DNA of 64,000 nt from a virus (lineage: Duplodnaviria > Caudoviricetes): the IMG/VR virus record IMGVR_UViG_2528311002_000006, positions 25,162 to 89,161 of that record; one strand, 5' to 3'. A program made the translations under genes and the position numbers. The notes under the pieces were generated by a model. That model saw nothing but the letters and a program-made list of their open reading frames with translations. It made no database searches and was not told where the DNA came from. This document shows positions 53,146 to 62,042 of the stretch, piece by piece. Position 1 is the stretch's first letter. Every line of letters starts with the position of its first letter.

Positions 53146-53613
53146 ATGTCACGACGCTTTGGGCGCAATCAGCGCCGCCGTGCCCGTGAGGCTTTGACAG
53201 CAGCGCAAGCTGCGCGTACCTCTATTGCCGGGCAACTCAGTCAGCGAAACGCCCTCATTGCTGAGTTGCAGAACCAACTTGAAGACGTTGCCCAAATTCT
53301 CGGAACGAACTTTCTGGGTCTTCGCGCCAAACTTCGGCAAATTTCGGTAGGCGCCCAAGATCAGGTGAGCTTCCAAGCTGCCAGCGACTGGGGCCGCAAG
53401 TTTCACACCATGCAAATCCTTGGAGTGGACAGTAGCGAATCCTGGCACCGGAATGCAATTCACCTGAAAGTCAGACTCGCAAGCGGGATCGTTGTGTACT
53501 CACTCTCAGACACAGCACTCCATCAGGCTCCTGCTGAGTTTCTGGCGCGCGCAATTGCGCAAGAAATGGCCCCTGCCCTGGTGCGCGAACTACGCCGCCA
53601 CGGAATCAGCTAA
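53146..53613 (+). CDS. Hypothetical protein
   Basis: AAGGTG RBS; MSRRFGRNQRRRAR. Confidence 0.65.
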   Translation: MSRRFGRNQRRRAREALTAAQAARTSIAGQLSQRNALIAELQNQLEDVAQILGTNFLGLRAKLRQISVGAQDQVSFQAASDWGRKFHTMQILGVDSSESWHRNAIHLKVRLASGIVVYSLSDTALHQAPAEFLARAIAQEMAPALVRELRRHGIS

Positions 53614-53663
53614 CTAAACGCACTCAAGCCCCGAACACCGGGGCTTTTCTTTTGGAGGGCCTG

Positions 53664-54734
53664 ATGGCCGAAAACACCAAGATCGAGTGGACAGACCACA
53701 CGTTCAATCCATTCATTGGCTGCACCAAAGTATCCCCAGGCTGCGACAACTGCTACGCCGAAAACCTCATGGATACCCGCATGGGGAAGGTCGTATGGGG
53801 GCCGAAGGGCGAGCGCGTTCTCACCAGCCCTGCGAACTGGAACAAGCCGCTGAAATGGAATGCCAATCACGCCGCGTTCTTCGCAGAGCACGACCGCCGT
53901 CAGCGCGTGTTCTGCGCGTCTCTGGCCGATGTGTTCGACAACGCGGTAAACCCGAGCTGGCGCATTGACCTGTTCGGCCTGATTCTGAAAACGCCACACC
54001 TAGATTGGCTGCTGCTGACCAAGCGCATAGGCAACGTGAAGCCCATGCTTGACGAGATGGCCCACGGCAATGACCCAGACCTGAGCCTGCTGGACATGAT
54101 GCCGCTGCCCAATGTCTGGATCGGGGCCACGGTGGTGAATCAGGAAGAGGCAGACCGGGACATTCCCAAGCTGCTGGCCGTTCCTGCCAAGGTGCGCTTC
54201 CTGAGCATGGAGCCACTACTTGGCCCGGTGAACTTGGAGCAAGCGTGCGATTTGGCTGAGGCCCAAGTCTGCAAGGGGACATGGCGGGACATGGCCGACC
54301 CAATCAAATGCGCAGCAGCACTTCGCCGTGGAAGTGTGGCTTTGCTGGACTGGGTGATCGTCGGTGGCGAGTCCGGGCCTGGCGCGCGCCCCATGCACCC
54401 CGACTGGGCGCGCTCCCTGCGTGATCAGTGCCAGGACGCCGGCACGGACTTTCTGTTCAAACAGTGGGGCGAGTGGCTTCCAGGTCAAAACGAGGCCCAC
54501 CCTGCAGATGGTCGAAAAGTCGCACACCACCAAGACGGTCGCTGGGGCCCCACCCAAACAAAGATCAGAGACAGCAACTACGTGACATGGGATGAGGATG
54601 GCGTCCTGCATCACGGCAGCCTCATGCAGGCGCCAAGCAGTGTCCGTGCCGATGCCTGGGCAGAGCGTGTCGGCAAGAAAGCCGCTGGTCGCCTGCTCGA
54701 CGGCCGCACCTGGGACGGAATCCCTCAAACCTGA
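53664..54734 (+). CDS. Phage Gp37/Gp68 (DUF5131) family protein
   Basis: IEWTDHTFNP.IGCTKVSPGCDNCYA, LLLTKR, SMEPLL, WVIVGGESG, FKQWG. Confidence 0.92.
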   Translation: MAENTKIEWTDHTFNPFIGCTKVSPGCDNCYAENLMDTRMGKVVWGPKGERVLTSPANWNKPLKWNANHAAFFAEHDRRQRVFCASLADVFDNAVNPSWRIDLFGLILKTPHLDWLLLTKRIGNVKPMLDEMAHGNDPDLSLLDMMPLPNVWIGATVVNQEEADRDIPKLLAVPAKVRFLSMEPLLGPVNLEQACDLAEAQVCKGTWRDMADPIKCAAALRRGSVALLDWVIVGGESGPGARPMHPDWARSLRDQCQDAGTDFLFKQWGEWLPGQNEAHPADGRKVAHHQDGRWGPTQTKIRDSNYVTWDEDGVLHHGSLMQAPSSVRADAWAERVGKKAAGRLLDGRTWDGIPQT

Positions 54735-54779
54735 CATGCAACCCCGCCACCGCGCGGGGTTCACTTTTTGGAGACTCGC

Positions 54780-55058
54780 ATGACATGCGTTCACATGAAC
54801 TTCTCGGCATCGGTTGGGGTCGCTCGCTTGGAGGACAAGCCAGGCGGTGCCATCACTGGCTTCAATGCCGAAATCCGCATCCAGTGCGCTGACTGCGGCA
54901 AGAAATTCCAGTTTCTCGGACTGGAGCCAGGCTATGACTCCCAAGGCGCACGCTGCTCGCTGGATGGCTTGGAAGCAAATATTGGCATCTGCCCAGAAGG
55001 CACTCGCCCGAATCATCTACAGCGAATGGCATACGGCATTACAGGCAGTCTGTCTTGA
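54780..55058 (+). CDS. Small Zn-binding protein
   Basis: GGAG RBS; CADCG. Confidence 0.65.
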   Translation: MTCVHMNFSASVGVARLEDKPGGAITGFNAEIRIQCADCGKKFQFLGLEPGYDSQGARCSLDGLEANIGICPEGTRPNHLQRMAYGITGSLS

Positions 55059-55237
55059 CCACCAGCGCCAGCACGGTAGGCCTGCCAGAAGACAAAGCCT
55101 ACCTGAGCCACCACTTCAGCTGCTCTCAGTGCTGCGCTGCCGGCCTATCCGGCGGTCAGCAACAGCGCTGCACCGAAGGCCTGCGCCTTTGGAACCTCTA
55201 TTTGCGGGCCGCCGCTGCCCACCTCCGAAAGAAGTAA
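55055..55237 (+). CDS. Small Cys/His protein
   Basis: HHFSCSQC..RCTEG. Confidence 0.55.
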   Translation: MTTSASTVGLPEDKAYLSHHFSCSQCCAAGLSGGQQQRCTEGLRLWNLYLRAAAAHLRKK

Positions 55238-55239
55238 CC

Positions 55240-55650
55240 GTGGACACCCTTCTCAAATTCATCATTTACTGGGACATCGCCATGTGGACGCTTGGCGCCC
55301 TGGTCACGACCGGCGCGCTGGCCTGGGCTGCCATGGCGCTCTATCACAAGCTTTTCAGAGGCTGGGGCAAGAAAGTCTGTGGCGACTTCCGCTTTCACCT
55401 GTGGCTGTACCAGGCCATGCGTGCGTGGGAGCGACAAGGAAACCAGCGCCCGGGCGGCCCCACCATGACAGAGCGCCAGAAGCTCGAAACCTGCGCCCGA
55501 GAGCTGATCGCCTATGCCGAAGAACAAGGCTATGTCCTGACCATCAACACCGAGCCCCAGCCGCTGCAGCCTCTGGCCATGGGCAACAGCTTCATGGTCT
55601 TTGAAGTACGCGAGTCGCGCGAGCGGTATCAGAAAGGCGGTGCAGCATGA
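55240..55650 (+). CDS. Membrane-anchored hypothetical protein
   Basis: N-terminal TM segment. Confidence 0.55.
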   Translation: MDTLLKFIIYWDIAMWTLGALVTTGALAWAAMALYHKLFRGWGKKVCGDFRFHLWLYQAMRAWERQGNQRPGGPTMTERQKLETCARELIAYAEEQGYVLTINTEPQPLQPLAMGNSFMVFEVRESRERYQKGGAA

Positions 55651-56132
55651 GAATGGCAAAACCTTCAGCGCGCGACATCGATGCAGCCGACGAACTGCAC
55701 TGGGTTCTGAGCTCCATTGACGGCCGCTTTGGTGGCCCATGGGAGACGGAAGGGCCTCGCAGTTTGCGCGCCCTTCTGGAACCTGAAGACGAGGATGGCG
55801 AATGGACTAGCTTCGACGCAGACGAACCGAGCCACCTGCAAGCGCTCTACAACAGCCTCGCCAAGCTGCTGCGCAAGACCCCCAATTTCTATGGTCGCGT
55901 GCTAGGTGGCATGTGCCATGTCATCTGTTATGCCCGCAACGAGATCCTCGATCCGTCGCTGGACTATTTGGAGCTCCACCCTGATCTGGTTGCAGGGCTG
56001 CGTCTGCTGGAAGCCCAGCGCGCGGACTTCCTGCCCGGCCTGGAACGCAATGCCCGCGCTGCCGTGGCCGAAGCCGTCGAGGCGGCGGCGGCCCGTCACC
56101 TGTCCGAAATGAAGGAGCGTTGGCAAGCATGA
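55647..56132 (+). CDS. Hypothetical protein
   Basis: Coupled ORF. Confidence 0.65.
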   Translation: MRMAKPSARDIDAADELHWVLSSIDGRFGGPWETEGPRSLRALLEPEDEDGEWTSFDADEPSHLQALYNSLAKLLRKTPNFYGRVLGGMCHVICYARNEILDPSLDYLELHPDLVAGLRLLEAQRADFLPGLERNARAAVAEAVEAAAARHLSEMKERWQA

Positions 56133-56707
56133 ACCAGACAAAAACACTGGCACAAGGCGCTGACCTGACCCCCGAGACTTGGGCCGACTTCGTTGCTCGC
56201 CTGCGGCATGACTGCGTGGGTGAAGGCGTGCGCGACCACTACACAGCAGACGCTGTGTTTCTGGTACAGCAAGCCGTGGAGCATTTGGTTCCAGAGGGCT
56301 ATGGCGGTGATCCTGTGATCTTTGACGGCTGTGAGCATTCGGAGCCAGTTTCTGAATTCTTTGAGAGCTGCTGCGAGGAGACCAAGGCCAAGCTCAATGA
56401 AGCCTGCGATGGCTCCTTTGTGGACGCTGACGAGTACGACCAAGAGCAAGCCCTGAAAGAGCACCTTCCCGATTACTCGCTGCTGTACGTCACGACCCGT
56501 TGGGAAACATTGAATCAGCACTTCACCATGGATGCTGCCGAGGCTTTCATCAAGCGCAAGAAGCACGACTACCGCAAAGGCCTGCGCGTCTATGTGGACG
56601 CCAGCACCTATAGCTGGGAGCTGAACGCCATCAAGGCCGCGATCCTGAGCGGGCGTCTCGGCCTGCTCCCAGAAACCGAGATTCAAGGAGGCGTCCCATG
56701 CAACTGA
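56129..56707 (+). CDS. Ead/Ea22-associated-like hypothetical protein
   Basis: TADAVFLVQ...FTMDAAEAFIKRKKHDY..LRVYV. Confidence 0.6.
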   Translation: MNQTKTLAQGADLTPETWADFVARLRHDCVGEGVRDHYTADAVFLVQQAVEHLVPEGYGGDPVIFDGCEHSEPVSEFFESCCEETKAKLNEACDGSFVDADEYDQEQALKEHLPDYSLLYVTTRWETLNQHFTMDAAEAFIKRKKHDYRKGLRVYVDASTYSWELNAIKAAILSGRLGLLPETEIQGGVPCN

Positions 56708-57924
56708 GCCTTTTCGGAGTGCTCAATACCTATGAAACAGGCGCTCAAGTCAACGCTCAAGCCTACGAGCGCTTGGGTCGTGACTTGGGAATCAAGCCCG
56801 AGGCCTGGGCCGAGCGGCAACCGGTAGGTACTGCGGGTCAGCCGCACAGCCCTCTCAAGCGCCGGGTTCGCTGGTATCAGCAGACCCTCAAGCGCCTGGG
56901 CCTGCTGGAGCCGGTGGCGGGCAGGCGTGGCCACTGGCAAGCCACGGCCGCAGGCCGGCGCACCATCGAGCAGCGCCAGCAGGATCTGGAGCCAGCTGCG
57001 CCGGGCCTGGTGCAACTGGGATTCAGCACGGAGTTGGGCATGGCCTTGTGGGCAGACTGCAAGGACGCATTCAGCCGCCTCGATGAACCCGTGCATCTGG
57101 TGCTGACAAGCCCGCCCTACCCGCTGGCGCGCCAGCGCGACTACGGCGGCCCGCAACGGCATGAGTATGTGGATTGGCTTTGCGCCTGCCTGGAGCCGCT
57201 TGTGGCGCGCATGGCGCCCGGGGCGAGCCTGTTCCTGAATCTGTCGAATGACATATTTGAGTCCGGCTCCCCTGCCCGCTCTCTATATAGGGAAAAGCTT
57301 GTGCTGGCGCTGCATGAACGGCTTGGGCTTTTCAAGATGGACGAATGGTGCTGGCATAACCCGTCCAAGGCGCCCGGCCCTATCCAGTGGGCCAGCCTGC
57401 GCCGTATGCAGCTCAATGCGAGCTGGGAGCCGATCTACTTTTTCACGAACGACCCCAAGGCCTGCTTTGCGGATAACCGGCGCGTCTTGCGCCCTCACAG
57501 CGAGCGCCATGCGCGCCTGATCGCTGCCGGTGGCGCCAAGACGGCTGCAGTGTTCGCCGATGGATCCAACCGCCGCCGAGTGGGGGCCTTTGGCACCCCG
57601 ACAGCGGGCGCTATCCCTCGAAACGTCCTCACCCTGCGCCACAACTGCCCCAGTCAAAGCGAGCTGCGCGCCTGGGCCAAGGCCGAGGGGATCCCGATAC
57701 ATGGGGCAACGATGCCCCTGGAGCTGGCAGAGCAAGTAGTGCGCTTCGCATCAGAGCCAGGCCAGCTGGTGGCCGATCCCTTCGGCGGATGGTGCACGAC
57801 CGCCCTAGCCGCCGAGCGCAACGCGCGCCGCTGGGTGATCACCGAACGCATGCGCGCATACCTGTACGCAGCGCAATGGAGGCTGGAGCTCTCTTCCCAA
57901 CCGTCTGCCCATTCAAAGGGCTGA
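56698..57924 (+). CDS. Beta-class N4-C/N6-A DNA methyltransferase with N-terminal winged helix
   Basis: TSPPY precedes DPFGG; RVRWYQQTLKRLGLL. Confidence 0.88.
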   Translation: MQLSLFGVLNTYETGAQVNAQAYERLGRDLGIKPEAWAERQPVGTAGQPHSPLKRRVRWYQQTLKRLGLLEPVAGRRGHWQATAAGRRTIEQRQQDLEPAAPGLVQLGFSTELGMALWADCKDAFSRLDEPVHLVLTSPPYPLARQRDYGGPQRHEYVDWLCACLEPLVARMAPGASLFLNLSNDIFESGSPARSLYREKLVLALHERLGLFKMDEWCWHNPSKAPGPIQWASLRRMQLNASWEPIYFFTNDPKACFADNRRVLRPHSERHARLIAAGGAKTAAVFADGSNRRRVGAFGTPTAGAIPRNVLTLRHNCPSQSELRAWAKAEGIPIHGATMPLELAEQVVRFASEPGQLVADPFGGWCTTALAAERNARRWVITERMRAYLYAAQWRLELSSQPSAHSKG

Positions 57925-57981
57925 GTCCGTCAATCAACAAAGGCCGGGCCTCGGCAAGGAAGCTGAGGCCTGCAAATAGCA

Positions 57982-58338
57982 ATGACAGCAAGCAACCCGA
58001 GCAAACCTCTCCCCAGCGCCAGCCTGATTGACAAAGTCCTGCGATGGATCTCCCGAATCACCCAGCCCCAGATGCAGCAGAGCCAGGCCGAGCTGACCCA
58101 AGCGCGGGCTGACATCGAACGCCTGAACGTAGAGCTGGACGACCTGCAGGTCACCGTGGAAAGCAAAGACCGTCAGCTGCGCGCTTCGGCCGAGGCGCTG
58201 GCCCTGGCCAACAGCGACGCCGCCCGCAGTCGCCGGCTGGCCAGCCAGCTTCAAACCACCATCAACAACGAGCGCCGCTTTTCCAAGCAAATGGGTACCG
58301 AACTGGCAGCGGCGCGCAAAAAAGCCAAGCGCCGCTAA
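57982..58338 (+). CDS. Coiled-coil protein
   Basis: Heptad pattern. Confidence 0.6.
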   Translation: MTASNPSKPLPSASLIDKVLRWISRITQPQMQQSQAELTQARADIERLNVELDDLQVTVESKDRQLRASAEALALANSDAARSRRLASQLQTTINNERRFSKQMGTELAAARKKAKRR

Positions 58339-58398
58339 CGCCCAGCTCAGCGCCACACAGCCCGCCTTAGAGCGGGCTTCACTTTTTCAGGAGCACCG

Positions 58399-59976
58399 AT
58401 GCAAACCGAAGTCACCAACCAGATACAGGAGCCCCCCCCGGTGCAGCCGGCTCAGCCCATTGCCTGGCCGAAAGATGCCAAGGATGTTCGAGACTTCTTC
58501 CATGCCGACTTCATCACGGCACAGTTTGCTGCTGCAGACCAGACCCCGTGCGATGAAGACCGGTATCTGATCAGTGCCCATGACTTTCTGAGCGCTGTGA
58601 ACTGGTGGGCAAACTTCCCACATGTCTCTCGTCCCCCCCAGACAGCGCCACTGCCGCTGCTGATGCGCGACATTGCCCGCGACCATGGAATCACAGCCTT
58701 TGAGGCATGCCAAGCTCTCAAGGATCTGGGCAATTTCAGTGTGAACACTGCTGTCACGGCGGAAATGGCCGCGAAGCTGCGCGAACTATTCCCCGCGCCC
58801 CAGGCTGCGCCCGCAGCCGTGGCAGTGCAATTGGACGCAAATGGTATTGCGCCATGCCCGTTATGCGGGAGCGAATCGAAGCATGTGAAGGCAGATGTCG
58901 GTGGGCACCGCATCTTGTGCTGGAACGATGACTGCGAATGTTCTAGCGGATACTTCTGCAGCAAAGAAGAAGCGATCACGTCGTGGAACACCCGCGCCGC
59001 GCTTGCCGCCACCCCAGCGATGGCTATCAACCCCGAAGAATGCGCTCAAGAGGTTTTCAAGAATGGCGTGTCCGTTGGGCTGTTCGACATTCCAAAGGAG
59101 ACTGCAAATGCGATATGCGCCGGCATTTCCTCGGCAACTAGCGCGCGCGTGGACTGGCACTACATCGCTGGCCGTGTCCATATCAAAGCGCTTGCCGCCA
59201 CCCCGGCAGCCGCGCCTGTTGCACTGACCATTCCACAGCCATTCGGATATGTCGTAACCACGCCGGCCGGAGCGGATCTTTTCTATCGGCACCCGGCAGA
59301 CCTCGCTATCCACAATGATCACCGTGCCGAGACTGTCTACACGCTGCCAGCGGTTCTAGCAGCCGCGCCAGTGGTGCTGCCTGAGCCTGATGCAGTCATC
59401 AGCGAAGTGATGGGGCTGGTGGAGAGCTATGCAGATGCTGTGGCGTCTGATATGGAACTTCAATATGAGGCATTGGAAATATCCATCAAATCCAAGCTGC
59501 GCGCCCTGCTGGCCGGAGTATCTGCACCGGCAGGCTTTGTGCCAGTGGCAGCTTATGACCGGCTACAGGCTCTCTGCGATTCTCAAGCCGAGCGCATTCT
59601 GGCCGCTGAGGATGCGGAGCCTGTGCACTGGCTTGCGGTTCTCGATCCTGAGCAGGTGCCGCACCAGCTCAAGACCAGCATGCATGCCGTTGGCTTCCGC
59701 AACCAGCGGTCGGCAGAGTCGTGGATTGCCGAAAGGCTGGATTTCGATGGATGGCGCTACCGCCTGGAGCCCCTGTATGCAGCACCCCAGGCGCAGGCAG
59801 ACGCGCGGGATGCAGAGCGCTATCGCTTGCTGCGCAATGAGCATGAGGGGGAAGCGGAATCGCTGTGCGTATTCGGCCCCAATGACATGCGGGAGTGCTT
59901 GGTTCCGATAGGTAGCTTGCCTGGAGAACTGGATGCGTTCATAGACGCCGCTATTGCGGCAGCAAAGGGGAAGTGA
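58399..59976 (+). CDS. Mosaic protein containing a Lar-like Zn module
   Basis: PCPLCG..C..EEAITSWNTR; shared linker modules. Confidence 0.7.
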   Translation: MQTEVTNQIQEPPPVQPAQPIAWPKDAKDVRDFFHADFITAQFAAADQTPCDEDRYLISAHDFLSAVNWWANFPHVSRPPQTAPLPLLMRDIARDHGITAFEACQALKDLGNFSVNTAVTAEMAAKLRELFPAPQAAPAAVAVQLDANGIAPCPLCGSESKHVKADVGGHRILCWNDDCECSSGYFCSKEEAITSWNTRAALAATPAMAINPEECAQEVFKNGVSVGLFDIPKETANAICAGISSATSARVDWHYIAGRVHIKALAATPAAAPVALTIPQPFGYVVTTPAGADLFYRHPADLAIHNDHRAETVYTLPAVLAAAPVVLPEPDAVISEVMGLVESYADAVASDMELQYEALEISIKSKLRALLAGVSAPAGFVPVAAYDRLQALCDSQAERILAAEDAEPVHWLAVLDPEQVPHQLKTSMHAVGFRNQRSAESWIAERLDFDGWRYRLEPLYAAPQAQADARDAERYRLLRNEHEGEAESLCVFGPNDMRECLVPIGSLPGELDAFIDAAIAAAKGK

Positions 59977-60485
59977 TGACCAAGAACAAAGATTTGTTGC
60001 CCTGCCCATTCTGCAATGGTCAGCCCAGCTTTTCAGCGGCCGAGTGGAAGGATGAGAACCGATATGTCGGGATGTCGCTGGAATGCTGCGCCACGATTAG
60101 CAAGGGCATCGGGTGGCGGATGGCGAGGGACATGACGGCAGATCAGCACACGGTCGAGCTGCAGCGAAAACTTGCTGAGAGCTGGAATAACCGCCCCCAA
60201 GCGCAGGCAGACGCGCGGGCTGCCGAGCTGCTGGGCTTTCTCCAAGACCAGTGCATTGACCTGCGCTGCTTCACTACCAGCGATGGGGAGGATGTGGGCT
60301 GGCGAACAGTGCAGCACCACATGAGCGAGCCGCGTGAGCGCGTGGTTTCGGAGGTCTACGGCGATAAACCACGGCGTGCGATTCGTGAGGCCATGGCTCG
60401 CATCGAGCGCGACCCGTACTGCACCGGTCCGCTGCATTTGGAAGATGACGCCGCTATCGCGGCAGCAAAGGGGGAAGGTCAATGA
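59973..60485 (+). CDS. Lar-family restriction-alleviation-like protein
   Basis: LLPCPFCNG...WNNR. Confidence 0.7.
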   Translation: MMTKNKDLLPCPFCNGQPSFSAAEWKDENRYVGMSLECCATISKGIGWRMARDMTADQHTVELQRKLAESWNNRPQAQADARAAELLGFLQDQCIDLRCFTTSDGEDVGWRTVQHHMSEPRERVVSEVYGDKPRRAIREAMARIERDPYCTGPLHLEDDAAIAAAKGEGQ

Positions 60486-60787
60486 GCAAAGCAAATTTCA
60501 CACGCGGGCCTTGGCAATTCAGGAGTGAGAGCGGCTATTGCTCCCAGATAGATAGTGCGGATGGCTCCGTTATCTGCTGCTTTGATGAAGACCCAAAGCC
60601 AGAAGATGCCTGCTTGATGGAGTCCGCACCAGACTTGTTTGCGGCGCTGGAAGAAAGCCAGGCCCTGCTGGCGGCAATGCTGCATGAGCGTCGGCCAAGG
60701 CAGGAGATTGAGGCCCAAATGCATCAGAACCGATCCGCCATCAATAAAGCACAGCGCGCCGCCCAGGCAGCGCAAGGGGGTGAGTGA
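60482..60787 (+). CDS. Hypothetical phage protein
   Basis: FTRGPW...DACLMESAPDLFAALE. Confidence 0.7.
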   Translation: MSKANFTRGPWQFRSESGYCSQIDSADGSVICCFDEDPKPEDACLMESAPDLFAALEESQALLAAMLHERRPRQEIEAQMHQNRSAINKAQRAAQAAQGGE

Positions 60788-61008
60788 TGTTCTTCGACTT
60801 GCCCTCCGACAAAACATGCATCCATCCGCTGCACAACCCACCGACTGGCCTCTACATCCCTCCAGGAAAGGGATACCGCCATGTCTGCCCCGGCTGCAAG
60901 ACGGTCAGAGAGTTAATCCCGCTCTCCTACTCCCTGATGCACAGCTCTCCGGCATGCGCGCTGTTCGCCACGCCGGCCAGCGCCAGCCAAGCAGAAAAGG
61001 AAGGTTGA
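60784..61008 (+). CDS. Small Zn-binding protein
   Basis: CIHPLHNPP..HVCPGC. Confidence 0.6.
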   Translation: MMFFDLPSDKTCIHPLHNPPTGLYIPPGKGYRHVCPGCKTVRELIPLSYSLMHSSPACALFATPASASQAEKEG

Positions 61009-61009
61009 A

Positions 61010-61252
61010 ATGGCCAGTCAGCCCGAACTGCCCTTCTTCGGACGGCAAGACCTGGCCCAGTTCAATGTTCCGCACTACGGCCGAGACATCACCTATGGCG
61101 ATGTCTCTCGATACCTGCGGCACCTCTGGCGCTTTGGCGACAAAGCCAAGGCTGCTGAGCTGGCGAAGGTCGCTGGCTCTGTTTTCAACAGTCCGAACTG
61201 GGCCCTGCGCTACCCGGAGCCAGCCCCTCCAGATCTGGATACACCCTCATGA
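61010..61252 (+). CDS. Hypothetical protein
   Basis: RBS; coupled stop. Confidence 0.55.
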   Translation: MASQPELPFFGRQDLAQFNVPHYGRDITYGDVSRYLRHLWRFGDKAKAAELAKVAGSVFNSPNWALRYPEPAPPDLDTPS

Positions 61253-61533
61253 GCACCCTAGTTCTGCCCCTCAAACGAGAGTATTTCGAGCAGATCCGCG
61301 CCGGCACCAAGCCCGAGGAATACCGCCTCGACAACCCCTACTGGCGCAAACGCCTGGAAGGGCGGCACTACGACAGCATCGAGCTGAGGCTGGGCTACCC
61401 CAAAGCAGCCGACGCTGCCTGCCGCATACGGCTCCCCTGGCGCGGCTACACCATGAAAACCATTCAACACCCTCACTTTGGCCCCGACCCAGTGAGGGTG
61501 TTTGCTATTTATGTGGGAGCACCCAAACCATGA
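61249..61533 (+). CDS. ASCH/PUA-like domain protein
   Basis: LPLKREYFEQIRAGTKPEEYR. Confidence 0.85.
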   Translation: MSTLVLPLKREYFEQIRAGTKPEEYRLDNPYWRKRLEGRHYDSIELRLGYPKAADAACRIRLPWRGYTMKTIQHPHFGPDPVRVFAIYVGAPKP

Positions 61534-61745
61534 AGAAATGCACGCTCGGCCCACGCCATCAATGGAAGTGGCTGAAGAACGCAACCAACTCGCAAGTAGG
61601 CGGCAGAGGCAGCAGCTTCTCGCTGCGAGGGGTCTACCGCTGTGACTGCGGCGCGAAAAAGGTGGACTCCCCCAACCTCAATGGCAACGAGCCGAACCCT
61701 TTGAACGACCTTGTGGCCGCGCTGGCCGGAAAGCCTACGGCATGA
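61530..61745 (+). CDS. Small Zn-ribbon protein
   Basis: C..HQW...YRCDCG. Confidence 0.55.
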   Translation: MKKCTLGPRHQWKWLKNATNSQVGGRGSSFSLRGVYRCDCGAKKVDSPNLNGNEPNPLNDLVAALAGKPTA

Positions 61746-62035
61746 GCTTGATCTTTGGCCTGGACTACGACAACACCTTTACTGCAGACCCTCCCCTCTG
61801 GCGCCAGTTCATCAGCGATGCCGAGCGCCGTGGCCACACCGTCGTATGCGTTACGGCCCGCCGTGCGCCCCCGGACTTCTCGCGCGAGCCGGCTTTGCCC
61901 CAAAGCGTAAGGGTCGTTTGCTCAGGCCCTGACTACAAGAGAGACGCCGCGCAGCGGGCCGGCTACAGCGTAAACATCTGGATTGACGACATGCCAGGCG
62001 TCATCGAGCCCAGCCGCATCCTCAACTTTGACTGA
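61742..62035 (+). CDS. Minimal HAD-superfamily protein
   Basis: DYDNT, VTAR, K, IDD motifs. Confidence 0.8.
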   Translation: MSLIFGLDYDNTFTADPPLWRQFISDAERRGHTVVCVTARRAPPDFSREPALPQSVRVVCSGPDYKRDAAQRAGYSVNIWIDDMPGVIEPSRILNFD

Positions 62036-62042
62036 GTAAACC

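Noticed and set aside
46398-60790. CRISPR array or DGR explanation for the repeats
   Set aside because: Repeats are irregularly spaced and coding; no cas or reverse transcriptase gene; no clear adenine-specific variation
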